DNA from: Alphaproteobacteria bacterium
Lineage (GTDB): Bacteria > Pseudomonadota > Alphaproteobacteria > SP197
Direction of reading: 5' to 3'
Assembly: GCA_964291265.2 (NCBI GenBank)
Contig: OZ219747.1
Coordinates: 1,824,001 to 1,888,000 of the forward strand
DNA: 64,000 bases
Shown here: in pieces, positions 30,011 through 40,072 of the stretch
Layout of the letters: each line of letters starts with the position of its first letter
Position numbering within the stretch: the stretch's first letter is position 1
Made by a program: the position numbers and the translations under genes
The notes under the pieces: generated by a model
What the model saw: the letters and a program-made list of their open reading frames with translations, nothing else
Database searches by the model: none
What the model was told of the DNA's origin: nothing

Positions 30011-30691
30011 ATGAAGAAGCTGTCCGTCATCATTCCCACTCTCGACGCCGCATCCGGTCTGGGAGACGTCATGGACCGGCTGAACCGCGGCGGCGACGTT
30101 CCGGGCGAGATCATCGTCGTCGACGGGGGGTCGGCTGACACGACGACCGACATTGCGCGATCGAGGGGCGCGACAGTGATGTCGGCACAGCGCGGCCGCG
30201 GCATCCAGATGGCGGCGGGCGCCGCCGCGGCACAGGGCGACTGGTTGCTGTTTCTTCATGCCGACACGGTTCCCGGACCCGCCTGGCGAGGGGTTGTTGC
30301 GGACCTGATGACCAGTCCTGACGGCGGTCGGCGAGCCGGTGTGTTTCGCCTTCGTCTCGACGATCCGGCGCCGTGGGCCCGGTGCATCGAGCGGTGTGCC
30401 CGCTTGAGAGGCCGTCTCCTGGGGCTGCCCTATGGCGATCAGGGACTGCTCATCTCCGCGGGCTTCTACGAGTCACTGGGCGGATTCAGGCCCATGGTGA
30501 TCATGGAGGACGTCGACATGGTGCGGCGCATCGGCCGCCGTCGGCTTGTCATCCTGGAGTGCGATGCACACACCAGCGCCGTCCGCTACCGCCGGTCCGG
30601 ATACGGCATCCGCGTGATGAGGAACGTCTTCTGTCTTGCCTGCTATTTCTGTGGTGTGCCGCTGTCGCTGATTGCCAGGATGTACGGATGA
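30011..30691 (+). CDS. Family 2 glycosyltransferase (TIGR04283-like)
   Basis: LSVIIPTL, VVDGGS, LLFLHAD, LPYGDQGL, MEDV. Confidence 0.88.
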   Translation: MKKLSVIIPTLDAASGLGDVMDRLNRGGDVPGEIIVVDGGSADTTTDIARSRGATVMSAQRGRGIQMAAGAAAAQGDWLLFLHADTVPGPAWRGVVADLMTSPDGGRRAGVFRLRLDDPAPWARCIERCARLRGRLLGLPYGDQGLLISAGFYESLGGFRPMVIMEDVDMVRRIGRRRLVILECDAHTSAVRYRRSGYGIRVMRNVFCLACYFCGVPLSLIARMYG

Positions 30692-31290
30692 AGGCGACGC
30701 GCAGCGTTGTCGTGATGGCTCGCCCGGCGGTCGCCGGCGAGGTCAAGACCCGACTGGCCGAGGCCTGTGGCCACCGCTTCGCCCTTGCTCTCTACAGGCT
30801 CATGCTCCGGCGTACGCTCCGGCGCGTGGCCGGAGGGCCCTGGATGACCGTGGTCGCGGTGGCATCCTCGGCAGGAGAACGGCGTCGGCACCGGTTTGGT
30901 GGTCTCGCGACGATAGCCCAGTCCGGTCGTGATCTTGGCGAGAGGATGCACAACGCCCTTGCCGCCATGCCTCCCGGGCCTGTCGTGATGGTCGGCACGG
31001 ACATTCCCGGGCTGCAGCGCCGGCATGTCAGCCGCGCCTTCAGGTCCCTTCGTCGTCATGAGGCGGTCTTCGGGCCGGCGCACGATGGCGGATACTGGCT
31101 GGTCGGGCTGGCTCCAGAACTGCGCGAAGCCGGGATCTTCTCGCCGGTTCGCTGGTCCTCGCGCCATGCCTTGGCCGACACGCTGGAGAACATTCCGGCG
31201 ATGTGCACCACGGCCCTGATCGGGACCCTGGGGGATGTCGACACAATCGAGGATGTCGAGCGGTGGTTTCCCGGACTGCATCCACCGTGA
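30688..31290 (+). CDS. TIGR04282/DUF2064 CofC-like transferase
   Basis: VKTRLA, QSGRDLGERM, VGTDIP, GPAHDGGYWLVG, DVDTIED; ATGA overlap with upstream gene. Confidence 0.85.
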   Translation: MKATRSVVVMARPAVAGEVKTRLAEACGHRFALALYRLMLRRTLRRVAGGPWMTVVAVASSAGERRRHRFGGLATIAQSGRDLGERMHNALAAMPPGPVVMVGTDIPGLQRRHVSRAFRSLRRHEAVFGPAHDGGYWLVGLAPELREAGIFSPVRWSSRHALADTLENIPAMCTTALIGTLGDVDTIEDVERWFPGLHPP

Positions 31291-31414
31291 TTCGGTTGTT
31301 GAGCACCGCTGGCCTGATTGCGTAGAGTCATGACGCGCCCCCGGTTGCGTCTCGCGAGAAGGGGCTAGTTGGACCCAACGCTCCGATTGCGGGCAGACAT
31401 CAAGGAGGATTCCC

Positions 31415-32398
31415 ATGATTCCAGCGAGAATGACAGGCGCCATTGCCGGCGCCGCTATGGCCCTTGCCTTCGCCGCTCCGGCGTTGGCCGAGCACGGCGA
31501 TACCGTGACAGTGGCGTATTTCCTCGAGTGGCCGACCGCCAACCAGGTGGCCCAGGTCGAGAAGACCTACGACGAAGCGATGGGGGTCGATGTCGAATGG
31601 CGCGCCTTCGGCAACGGCAACGAGATGACCCAGGCCATGGTTTCCGGTGACGTGCAGATCGCCTACAGCCAGGGTTTTGTCCCGTTTGTGGTCGGTGTCT
31701 CCAACGGCGCTCCGCTGAAACTGGTGGGGATTGCCGTGACCTATGCCGAGAACGATCTGTGCATCATCCGCGAGGATGCCGGCATCACCCAGGAGAATGC
31801 CTCCGAACTCGAGGGCATGAAGGTGGCGACGCCCATCGGCAATGTCACCCACTACAAGCTGCTGCGTACCCTTGAACATCTCGGCGTGGATGCATCGAAG
31901 GTCGAACTGGTGCAGATGAATCCGGCCGATGCCGCCATTGCCCTGATCCGTGGCGACGTCGTCATGGGTTGCGCCTTCGGCGGCGCCATCGGGCGCATGA
32001 AGGAAGTCGGCTTCCCGTTGATGACCGGGGCCGAACAGGAAGCGGTTGGCATCAATACCTTCGACATCATCACGGTGACCGAGGACTTTGCCAGCCAGCA
32101 TCCCGACCTGGTGCAGGCCTTCATGGATGTCACCGAGGCGGCCAACGCCGCCTACAAGGCCGATCCGGGCGCTGCCCTTGCGACCATCGCCAGGGCCGCG
32201 GGCATGGACGAGGATGCCACCGGGGCGATGCTCGCCAACTTCGGTTTCCCGAGCGTCGCCGACCAGAAGGGTGCCAACTGGCTTGGTGGCGGCGTGCAGT
32301 CCATGACCAAGGGTGTCGCCGACGTCATGGTCGAGGCGGGCAACATGGAATCCGGTCTCGACGACTATTCACGGTTCGTCGACGACAGCTTCCTTTGA
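31415..32398 (+). CDS. tauA: Taurine-type ABC transporter substrate-binding protein
   Basis: Signal peptide, VTVAYFLEWPT, VEWRAFGNG, KVATPIGNVTHYKL. Confidence 0.8.
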   Translation: MIPARMTGAIAGAAMALAFAAPALAEHGDTVTVAYFLEWPTANQVAQVEKTYDEAMGVDVEWRAFGNGNEMTQAMVSGDVQIAYSQGFVPFVVGVSNGAPLKLVGIAVTYAENDLCIIREDAGITQENASELEGMKVATPIGNVTHYKLLRTLEHLGVDASKVELVQMNPADAAIALIRGDVVMGCAFGGAIGRMKEVGFPLMTGAEQEAVGINTFDIITVTEDFASQHPDLVQAFMDVTEAANAAYKADPGAALATIARAAGMDEDATGAMLANFGFPSVADQKGANWLGGGVQSMTKGVADVMVEAGNMESGLDDYSRFVDDSFL

Positions 32399-32492
32399 GA
32401 AATCCGGCAACCGGGCAGCACGGCGTTGTCCGGTTCCCGTTCCGCGGCAGGCGGATCCGGCCGTTTGCGGCGGCCCTGACGGGGAAGTCGGG

Positions 32493-33296
32493 ATGACGGA
32501 GATGGCAGAGATTGCGGTCGACCGGGTCTCCATGGTCTACGCTATGCCCGATTCCGAGGTCGACGCGCTCAATGACGTGTCGCTGGACATCGGCAAGGGC
32601 GAGATTCTGAGCGTTCTCGGACCATCGGGGTGCGGCAAGACCACCCTTCTCAACATCATTGCGGGCTTCCTTTCCCCGACCAGGGGCGAGGTCCGCGTCG
32701 CCGGCAAGGCGGTGAAGGGTCCAGGCGCCGAGCGCGGCATGGTGTTCCAGCAGGGAGCGCTGTTCGAATGGCTTTCTGTCACCCAGAACATCTCCTTCGG
32801 ACCGAGAATGTGCGGCAGGGACCGTGGGGAGACGGCCGACACCGTGCAGCGCCTGCTGGGCATTGTCGGTCTCGCGGAGTTTGCCGACAAGCCGGTCTAC
32901 CAGCTCTCGGGCGGCATGCAGCAGCGTGTGGCCCTGGCTCGATGCCTTGCCAACGATCCCGGCGTCATTCTCATGGACGAACCGCTGGGCGCGCTCGATG
33001 CCCTGACCCGCGAGAAGATGCAGGGCCTTGTGCTCAGACTGTGGAAGGACACCGGCAAGACCATCCTTCTCGTCACCCACTCGGTGGAAGAAGCCCTCTT
33101 CCTCGGCGAGCGCCTGATCGTCATGGCGCCCCGGCCGGGGCGTATCGAAAGGGAGTTTCGTCTGCCGTTCGCCGATGAGGCTCTCGAGAAGCCGGCGCGG
33201 GCCGTCAAGGCCGGCAACGAGTTCGTGGCCGCCCGCGAGGAAATCCTCTCCATGATCTGGGACATGGAGGAGGAGATCATGGGCGACAACGGATAG
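32493..33296 (+). CDS. tauB: Taurine-type ABC transporter ATP-binding protein
   Basis: GPSGCGKT, GPGAERGMVFQ, LSGGMQQR, DEPLGALDALTRE. Confidence 0.82.
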   Translation: MTEMAEIAVDRVSMVYAMPDSEVDALNDVSLDIGKGEILSVLGPSGCGKTTLLNIIAGFLSPTRGEVRVAGKAVKGPGAERGMVFQQGALFEWLSVTQNISFGPRMCGRDRGETADTVQRLLGIVGLAEFADKPVYQLSGGMQQRVALARCLANDPGVILMDEPLGALDALTREKMQGLVLRLWKDTGKTILLVTHSVEEALFLGERLIVMAPRPGRIEREFRLPFADEALEKPARAVKAGNEFVAAREEILSMIWDMEEEIMGDNG

Positions 33297-33319
33297 GATC
33301 GTCAGGAGGGAGGGAATCC

Positions 33320-34183
33320 ATGCCGCGGCACAAGCCTTCCGGCCTGGCGATCTGGCTCGGCCTGTCGGACAATTCGTTCACCCGTCAGAAGACTGTCAAG
33401 TTCGGCGATGCCACTGCCGTCAATTCGGGACGGTTCTATTCGATGCTGACCCTGGCGGTTCTCATCGTGGCGTGGGTGGTTGCTTCGGCATTCGAACTCA
33501 TCGAGCCTTTCTACTGGCCGACGATTTCCGGGACCTGGGAACGTCTTGTCAAGATCCTGAGCGAGGGATTCCGCAATACGACGCTCGTCGACCATGTGGG
33601 CATCAGCGTCTACCGGGTGTTGTCAGGCGTGTTCTACGGGGCGTTGCTCGGCATTCCACTCGGCTTCGCGATGGGACTTTCCTCCATCGGCAGGGGTCTC
33701 TTCGATCCCGTGGTCGAGTTCATGCGTCCGATACCGCCCCTGGCGCTGATTCCGCTCATCATCCTGTGGTTCGGCATCGACGAGTTTGCGAAGATCTTCC
33801 TGCTGTTCCTTGCCTCGCTCTTCATCATGACGATCGCCGCACGGTCAGGCGTGTCGAGTGTGCGCATCACCAAGGTCCACGCGGCCCATTCCCTTGGCGC
33901 CTCGAAACTGCAGATCCTGCGCCATGTCATCCTGCCCAACGCCCTGCCCGAGATCTTCACCGGGCTGAGAACGTCCATGGGCGTGTGCTGGGGCACGGTC
34001 GTTGCCGCCGAACTGGTGGCCGCCGACAAGGGGCTGGGCTCGATGATCATGATTGCCAAGAACTTCCTGCAGACCGACACGGTGGTGATCGGCATCATCC
34101 TGATCGGCGTCATCGGCTACATCATCGAACTCATCATGCGCCGCCTCGAGCAGTGGCTGATCCCGTGGCGCGGCAAGGGCTGA
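33320..34183 (+). CDS. tauC: Taurine-type ABC transporter permease
   Basis: EFMRPIPPLA, ALPEIFTGLR, VAAELVAADKGLG, PWRGKG. Confidence 0.82.
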   Translation: MPRHKPSGLAIWLGLSDNSFTRQKTVKFGDATAVNSGRFYSMLTLAVLIVAWVVASAFELIEPFYWPTISGTWERLVKILSEGFRNTTLVDHVGISVYRVLSGVFYGALLGIPLGFAMGLSSIGRGLFDPVVEFMRPIPPLALIPLIILWFGIDEFAKIFLLFLASLFIMTIAARSGVSSVRITKVHAAHSLGASKLQILRHVILPNALPEIFTGLRTSMGVCWGTVVAAELVAADKGLGSMIMIAKNFLQTDTVVIGIILIGVIGYIIELIMRRLEQWLIPWRGKG

Positions 34184-34261
34184 TCAGGGGGGCCGCCGCG
34201 GCCGGACGTTGAAGCCCCCGACGCGTTTCGGCGGTGCGTCTGGCTGCCGGCAACAGGGTGG

Positions 34262-35689
34262 TCATGCAGGACGGTCGAGTCCGATCACCTTTCCGGGATT
34301 GAGAATGTTGGCGGGGTCGAGGGCACGCTTGAGCGTCGCCATGAGAGCCAGTTCGGTGGCACTCTTGTAGGCATCCAGCTGACGCATGCGCAACCGGCCG
34401 ATGCCGTGTTCGGCGCTGAACGAGCCGCCGAAGGAGACGGCGAGTGATTCGACGATGTCATTGACGTCGCCGGCGCGGGCGAGGAGTGCGGCGCCGTCAT
34501 CGGGGTTCGCCGCACAGAGATTGACATGCATGTTGCCGTCTCCGAGGTGTCCGTAGGGGATGATCCGGGCCTCGGGCACCCTGACGGCGATCTCTTCGCC
34601 GACCTGATCGAGATAGTCGGCAATCGAGCCTGCGGGAACCGCAACATCGTGACTGATACTGCCGCTCATCATCGTCTGGGCCTGCGGCATGTCCTCGCGG
34701 ATCTGCCAGAATGCCCGGGCCTGTGCCGTCGATTCCGCCATGACGGCATCGGCGAGCAGCCCCTCGTCGAGTCCCCTGGCCAGCTCCTCCTCGACCACCC
34801 GTCGCAGGTCGCCATCCGGTGTGCTTGAAGCGGCTTCCATGAGAACACAGGCAGGATATTCGCACGGGAACGGTGACCGGTTGGCGGGACGTTGCGAGAA
34901 GGTCATCTCGAGGGCGCTTGCCGACATGTACTCGAATCCCGTCACCTGTCCGCCGGTGGCGTCCTGAAGGCGCTGGAGCATGGCCAGAGCCTCGCGGGGA
35001 CCCGCGATACCGAGCCATGCGGTGACCTCGTCGCGAGGCAGCGGCCAGAGCTTCAGGACGGCGGCGGTGATGATGCCGAGGGTTCCCTCGGTGCCAAGGA
35101 AGAGCTGTTTGAGGTCATATCCCGTGTTGTCCTTGCGAAGACCCTTGAGACCGTTCCAGATGCGTCCGTCGGCGAGCACGACTTCCAGGCCAAGGACGTG
35201 GTCCCTGGCATTGCCGTAGCGCAGGACATTGGTACCACCTGCGTTGGTCGACAGGGTGCCGCCGACACGGCAGCTTCCCTCGGCGGCAAGGCTGAGCGGG
35301 TAGAGCCGACCAGCGTCGCGCGCCGCTTGCTGGACATCCTGGAGAATGCAGCCCGCGTCGACCGTGATGGTGTTGTTCTGCGGATCGATGGCGCGTACTC
35401 TCGTCATGCGGTCGACACTGAGAATGATCTCGTGACCGCTGTCGTCGGGGACGCCGCCTCCCACCAGGCCCGTGTTGCCGGCCTGCGGCACGATTCCGAT
35501 TCCCGCCTCTGCGCAGGTGCTGACGATCGCCGAGACTTCCTTCACGGTGGCCGGACGCATGACGATCGACGCGGCGCCAGTCCACTTGTTGCGCCAGTCC
35601 CGGACATAGGGCGCCACGTCATGGACCCCGGTGAGCCAGCCCGCCGGTCCGGTAATCGCCTTGAGTCGGTCCAGGACGGCGGAGTTCAT
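34262..35689 (-). CDS. FAD-linked oxidase (D-2-hydroxyacid dehydrogenase-like)
   Basis: PQAGNTGLVGG, LRKDNTGYDLK, GHLGDGNMH, SAEHGIG. Confidence 0.9.
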   Translation of the reverse strand: MNSAVLDRLKAITGPAGWLTGVHDVAPYVRDWRNKWTGAASIVMRPATVKEVSAIVSTCAEAGIGIVPQAGNTGLVGGGVPDDSGHEIILSVDRMTRVRAIDPQNNTITVDAGCILQDVQQAARDAGRLYPLSLAAEGSCRVGGTLSTNAGGTNVLRYGNARDHVLGLEVVLADGRIWNGLKGLRKDNTGYDLKQLFLGTEGTLGIITAAVLKLWPLPRDEVTAWLGIAGPREALAMLQRLQDATGGQVTGFEYMSASALEMTFSQRPANRSPFPCEYPACVLMEAASSTPDGDLRRVVEEELARGLDEGLLADAVMAESTAQARAFWQIREDMPQAQTMMSGSISHDVAVPAGSIADYLDQVGEEIAVRVPEARIIPYGHLGDGNMHVNLCAANPDDGAALLARAGDVNDIVESLAVSFGGSFSAEHGIGRLRMRQLDAYKSATELALMATLKRALDPANILNPGKVIGLDRPA

Positions 35690-36453
35690 GGCGGCGCACT
35701 GCCCCAGGCCACGAAGGGCGGGTTGACGAATCCCGGCTTGCCATAGAGGAACGCGCCCCCGTCCGGTTCCCTTACCGCACCACCGGCGGCCTCGAGGATG
35801 CCGTGTCCGGCGGCGGTGTCCCATTCCATGGTGCGGCCGAAGCGCGGGTAGACGTCGGCCCTGCCTTCGGCCACGAGGCAGAACTTGAGCGAACTGCCGC
35901 CGATGATCTCGTCGGTCACGGGAAGGGACTCCAGGAAGGTCTCGGAGGCACTGTCCCGGTGGGAGCGACTCATGGCCGCTGTCATGCCGCTCTGCGGTGG
36001 CTGTCTGGTGCGGATGGCGACCGTATCGCCGCCCGCCTGTCGCCGCCACGCCCGCGTGCCGTCACTGGCATAGGTAAGGCCCTTGGCGGGAGCGCCGACA
36101 ACGGCCAGCGTCACCAGGCGTTCCTCGATGAGTGCGATGTTCACGGTGAACTCGCCGTTGCCGCCGAGGAACTCCCGCGTTCCGTCGAGAGGATCGACGA
36201 GCCAGAACCGGCTGGCTGCTTCCCTGTCCGGAGCCGTGCCGGCCATCATCTCCTCGGCGATCACCGGAATGTCCGGCGTCAGCCGGTGGAGCGCCGCGAC
36301 GATCAGGGCCTCGGCAGCCTCGTCTGCGTCCGTGACCGGGGATCTGTCCGCCTTCAGGCGCGCGGCGGCACGACCATGGTGGTCCATGATGACGGAGCCG
36401 GCCCTCCCTGCAACGACCATAAGTTCGTCAAGCAGGCCGGTTGCCATCAGCAT
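35686..36453 (-). CDS. cysQ: 3'(2'),5'-bisphosphate nucleotidase
   Basis: KADRSPVTDAD, WLVDPLDGTREF, TMEWDTAAG. Confidence 0.92.
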   Translation of the reverse strand: MLMATGLLDELMVVAGRAGSVIMDHHGRAAARLKADRSPVTDADEAAEALIVAALHRLTPDIPVIAEEMMAGTAPDREAASRFWLVDPLDGTREFLGGNGEFTVNIALIEERLVTLAVVGAPAKGLTYASDGTRAWRRQAGGDTVAIRTRQPPQSGMTAAMSRSHRDSASETFLESLPVTDEIIGGSSLKFCLVAEGRADVYPRFGRTMEWDTAAGHGILEAAGGAVREPDGGAFLYGKPGFVNPPFVAWGSAPP

Positions 36454-37043
36454 GTGTCCCCCTTGCCCGAATCATCGGGCGCAAGCCAGCCGAATCCGGC
36501 GCCGGGCTCGGCCAGATAGGCTTCCTCGTCGGCCGTCGAGACCCGCCCCAGCATCCTGTTGCGATGAGGGAAACGGCCGAAACGCCTGATGACGTCCCGG
36601 TGGGCTTCCGCGAACTGAAGGGAGCGAGGGTCATCGAGGGTGGAAAAGAGACGGACGCTCCGGTCCTGGACCTCGGGATCCTCGGAGTGTTCGAAGGGGA
36701 GGTAGACGAACTTGCGTTCGACGGCTTCAAGCCCGTCGTCCATTCCGCCGTCGACGGTTTCTCTCGCCAGCGCCAGGGCCGCGTCGTCTGTCGAGAACGC
36801 GGCGGCCTTGCCGCGGTAGATGTTCCGCGGGAACTGGTCGAGCACGATGATGGCGGCAAGCCTTCCGTGCGGTGAGGCGCGCCATGACGAGGGGACACCC
36901 TGGCGCCACAGGCGGGCGTGCAATCCGCCGAACCTTCGGGCAATGGTCTCATCGAGATCATCACCGGGCTGGAACCACTCTTCCGGCGTCAGCTGGCCGA
37001 ACCAGAAATCGAGAACCTCGGCGGCATCGTCGGGAAGTGACAT
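36447..37043 (-). CDS. DUF924 family protein
   Basis: VLDFWF, IIVLDQFPRNIYRG, YLPFEHSE, RFGRFPHRN. Confidence 0.9.
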   Translation of the reverse strand: MSLPDDAAEVLDFWFGQLTPEEWFQPGDDLDETIARRFGGLHARLWRQGVPSSWRASPHGRLAAIIVLDQFPRNIYRGKAAAFSTDDAALALARETVDGGMDDGLEAVERKFVYLPFEHSEDPEVQDRSVRLFSTLDDPRSLQFAEAHRDVIRRFGRFPHRNRMLGRVSTADEEAYLAEPGAGFGWLAPDDSGKGDTC

Positions 37044-37046
37044 CGG

Positions 37047-39008
37047 CTAGATCTCCGCAGCTGTCTTGAGGCCCTCGAGGACAGCCTCCTCGGCAGTTCT
37101 GGGAGCGAGGCAGTCGCCGACAAGGTGCAGTTCCCCCGTCCAGTCCTCGAGGTCGTCGGCAAGGTCGGTCACCGAATGATGGCCGAGAGCCGTGACGAGC
37201 GTGTCGACCTCCTCGACGATCATCGCTTCACCGCTGGTGGCGTGCTGCAGGTAGACACTGTCGGAGTCGACGCCGAAGAGGCGGGCATAGGGAATCACCT
37301 TCACCCCCAGTTTCTGGAGAATGCCGGCCCAGTGATCGCGGACATACATCTGGATCGTCTGGCCGGGCATGTAGCCGTCGACCGCCAGGGTGACGTTGCA
37401 GCCATTGCGCGCGAGGTGCTCGGCCAGACCGAGGCCGATCCAGTCGCAGCGCCAGTCGGCGATCACCACGTTGCCCCCGACGTTTGCCTCGCCCTTGACC
37501 ACGGACCAGGCCTCGACGACATGGGCCTCGGCGCCTCCCTCGATGTCGACCGGCGCCGGCACCGCTCCGGTGGCGACGATGACCGCGTCGGGGGCTTCCT
37601 TCTCGACCAGTTGGCGCGTCACCTTGCGGTTCCTGACGACCTCGACGCCGGACAGCTCCATTTCCCGGGAGAGATTGGTGACGATGCCGCCGAATTCGGC
37701 ACGGCCGGGGAGTGACTGCGCCAGCAGCGTCTGTCCGCCCAGGCGGTCCGTCGCTTCGAACAGCGTCACCCGGTGGCCGCGCTCCGCGGCCACCGCTGCC
37801 GCCTTCATGCCGCCGGGCCCGCCCCCCGCCACCAGGATCCTCTTGATGCCGGCCGCCGGCTGGCGCTCGCCATAGGCCAGTTCGCGGCCTGATTCGGGGT
37901 GCTGGATGCACGAGATGCCGACCCCCATGTGCATGTGGCCGATGCAGGCCTGGTTGCAGGCAATGCAGGCGCGGATGTCGTCGACACGCCCCTCTCGGGC
38001 CTTGTTGGCCAGATGCGGATCGCAGATCTGCGCCCGTGTCATGCCCACCATGTCGGCCTGACCGCTGGCGACAATCTCCTCGGCCTGGTGCGGCTGGTTG
38101 ATCCTGCCGGCCACGAACACGGGAACCGACACCTTCTGGCGGATGGTGGCGGCGTAGGGCGCCACGTAGGCGTTGTCGATGAACATCGGCGGCACGATGT
38201 GCACGGACCCGCCGAGCGAGGACGACGATCCAGCGATGACATTGAAGTAGTCGAGACCGCCGCCGGCGTCGAGCATGCCGATGGCCTCGGTCACCGTCGC
38301 CACATCGGGGCCGTCATGGGAGTGTTCGTCGCCGGTGATCCTCAGGCCGACCACATAGTCGCTGCCCACCTTGACGCGGATGTTGTCGACGACTTCCCGC
38401 AGGAACCGCACGCGGTTCTCCAGGGTTCCGCCGTACTCGTCCTCGCGCACGTTGACCCGGGGATTGAGAAACTGTGCCGGGAGATACCCGTGGCTGGCGA
38501 CGATCTCGACCCCGTCGAGGCCGCCTTCACGGAGTCTGACGGCGGCATCGCCGTAGCCGTCGATCACATCGTGGATCATGGCGCGCGGCATGGCTCGGGG
38601 CATGATGTGGAAGCGCTCGTTGGGCACCGACGAGGGCGCCCAGGCAACCGGAGCGCTGCCATCGATCGATTCGAATGTCTCGCGGCCCGGGTGAAAGAGC
38701 TGTCCGAAGACACGGCAGTCATGGCGATGCACGCGCCGGGCGATGTTCCGGTAGCCGGGGATGCAGTCATCGGTGTTGGCCATGATGGTGTGGGAGGTGT
38801 AGACCGCCGAGCCGTGGACCAGCGCGACCTCGATGATCACCAGCCCTGCTCCGCCCCTGGCGCGCGACTCGTGATAGGCCGCGAGTTCCTCGTTGGGCCT
38901 GTATCCGGTCACGAGCGTCGTCATGTGACCGGTCGAGAAGATCCGGTTCCTGAAGGTCACATTCCCCATGGAAAGCGGCGAAAAGAGATTCGGGAACGCG
39001 GTTGACAT
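37047..39008 (-). CDS. NADH:flavin oxidoreductase (OYE domain + Fe-S + FAD domain)
   Basis: FPNLFSPL, ASHGYL..QFL, CIACNQACIGH, GGGPGG. Confidence 0.92.
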   Translation of the reverse strand: MSTAFPNLFSPLSMGNVTFRNRIFSTGHMTTLVTGYRPNEELAAYHESRARGGAGLVIIEVALVHGSAVYTSHTIMANTDDCIPGYRNIARRVHRHDCRVFGQLFHPGRETFESIDGSAPVAWAPSSVPNERFHIMPRAMPRAMIHDVIDGYGDAAVRLREGGLDGVEIVASHGYLPAQFLNPRVNVREDEYGGTLENRVRFLREVVDNIRVKVGSDYVVGLRITGDEHSHDGPDVATVTEAIGMLDAGGGLDYFNVIAGSSSSLGGSVHIVPPMFIDNAYVAPYAATIRQKVSVPVFVAGRINQPHQAEEIVASGQADMVGMTRAQICDPHLANKAREGRVDDIRACIACNQACIGHMHMGVGISCIQHPESGRELAYGERQPAAGIKRILVAGGGPGGMKAAAVAAERGHRVTLFEATDRLGGQTLLAQSLPGRAEFGGIVTNLSREMELSGVEVVRNRKVTRQLVEKEAPDAVIVATGAVPAPVDIEGGAEAHVVEAWSVVKGEANVGGNVVIADWRCDWIGLGLAEHLARNGCNVTLAVDGYMPGQTIQMYVRDHWAGILQKLGVKVIPYARLFGVDSDSVYLQHATSGEAMIVEEVDTLVTALGHHSVTDLADDLEDWTGELHLVGDCLAPRTAEEAVLEGLKTAAEI

Positions 39009-39459
39009 CACGACCTCCAGGGAGCCGAGCGATACATAGCAGACATCGACGGCCCGGGCGAGACACGCAGGACCATTCGTGTTGTCGCGATCGGCGGTGG
39101 ACAACCCGCGTCGGAGTGGCCGTTCCTGAAGTGGGTGGCACCATCTCGAGGTCGGAACCGGCCTATCGACAACGAAATCCGGTCCCGAATGGACCTCCAG
39201 ATCAAGCCTGCAACGCCCCTCGTCGGACGAAACCGGACAAACAAAGGAGCAGCCCTGTCTCCCAGGGCGCTGACACCCGGCGAAGCGCATCCTTCTGCTG
39301 CCGCTGGCGGCGGACTGGGACACCTGTCTGGAGGCGCGGCGCGCCCTGACGCCCGGGGACGGTCTTAACAGCGCGGCCCGGGCAGAGAACGAATTCGGCG
39401 TCGCGCCCTCAGGCGACGCCCGCCTGACGCAGCGGCTTGCGTAGTGCCGAGGTTCAGGG

Positions 39460-39930
39460 TCGCCGACGAAGACGTTCTTCGCTGCGGCGGCTGGCTGCGG
39501 GGCGACGGTGAAGGGATGCTACAGGATGATCGAGCATCCGGACTACGAAGCGGTCTGTGCGTCCACCTTCATCAGGGGGCATCGCGCACGGACCCTGCGG
39601 CGGATGCAGGGCCAGGCGCTGTTGTTGATGGTGCAGGACGGCACCCGCTGGCCGCACATCCGCTGCACCGTACGCTGACGCTGCGGCGCCAGGATGTTCG
39701 CTGGGGTCACCGCCAGCGTCATCCAGTCCTGCGAGCCGTCCGAAGCCCGTTGCCATGTCCCCACAGTCTCGGGGGAAGCGGCAAGGGCTCACCACCTTCT
39801 TCCTTGAGGGTCCTGACCTCCGGACATCGGTCGAGACCCGGCAGAAGACCCCATTCCCCAACGCGCCTGGCAGCGCAGCTTCTCCGGCGTGCGCACCTGG
39901 GCCATGGTCATGAAGGCCAGCATGATGAGG
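39460..39930 (-). pseudogene. Degenerate transposase remnant (related to copy at 51340)
   Basis: GEWGLLPGLDRCPEVRTL motif; shares CCCTTGCCGCTTCCCCCG and GGACGGCTCGCAGGACTGGATGACGCTGGC with 51367-51460. Confidence 0.6.
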
Positions 39931-40072
39931 GGGGGGCGGGTCTCATCATCACCGAGGCCCTCCACTGTTCACGGAAGCTTACGAGGTGCCTCGCACCCTG
40001 CCGATGGTGAGCGACGACGACGGGGTATCTCGCTCGCCGAAGCCGCCTGGCCCATGGCCGATCACGGGAATC

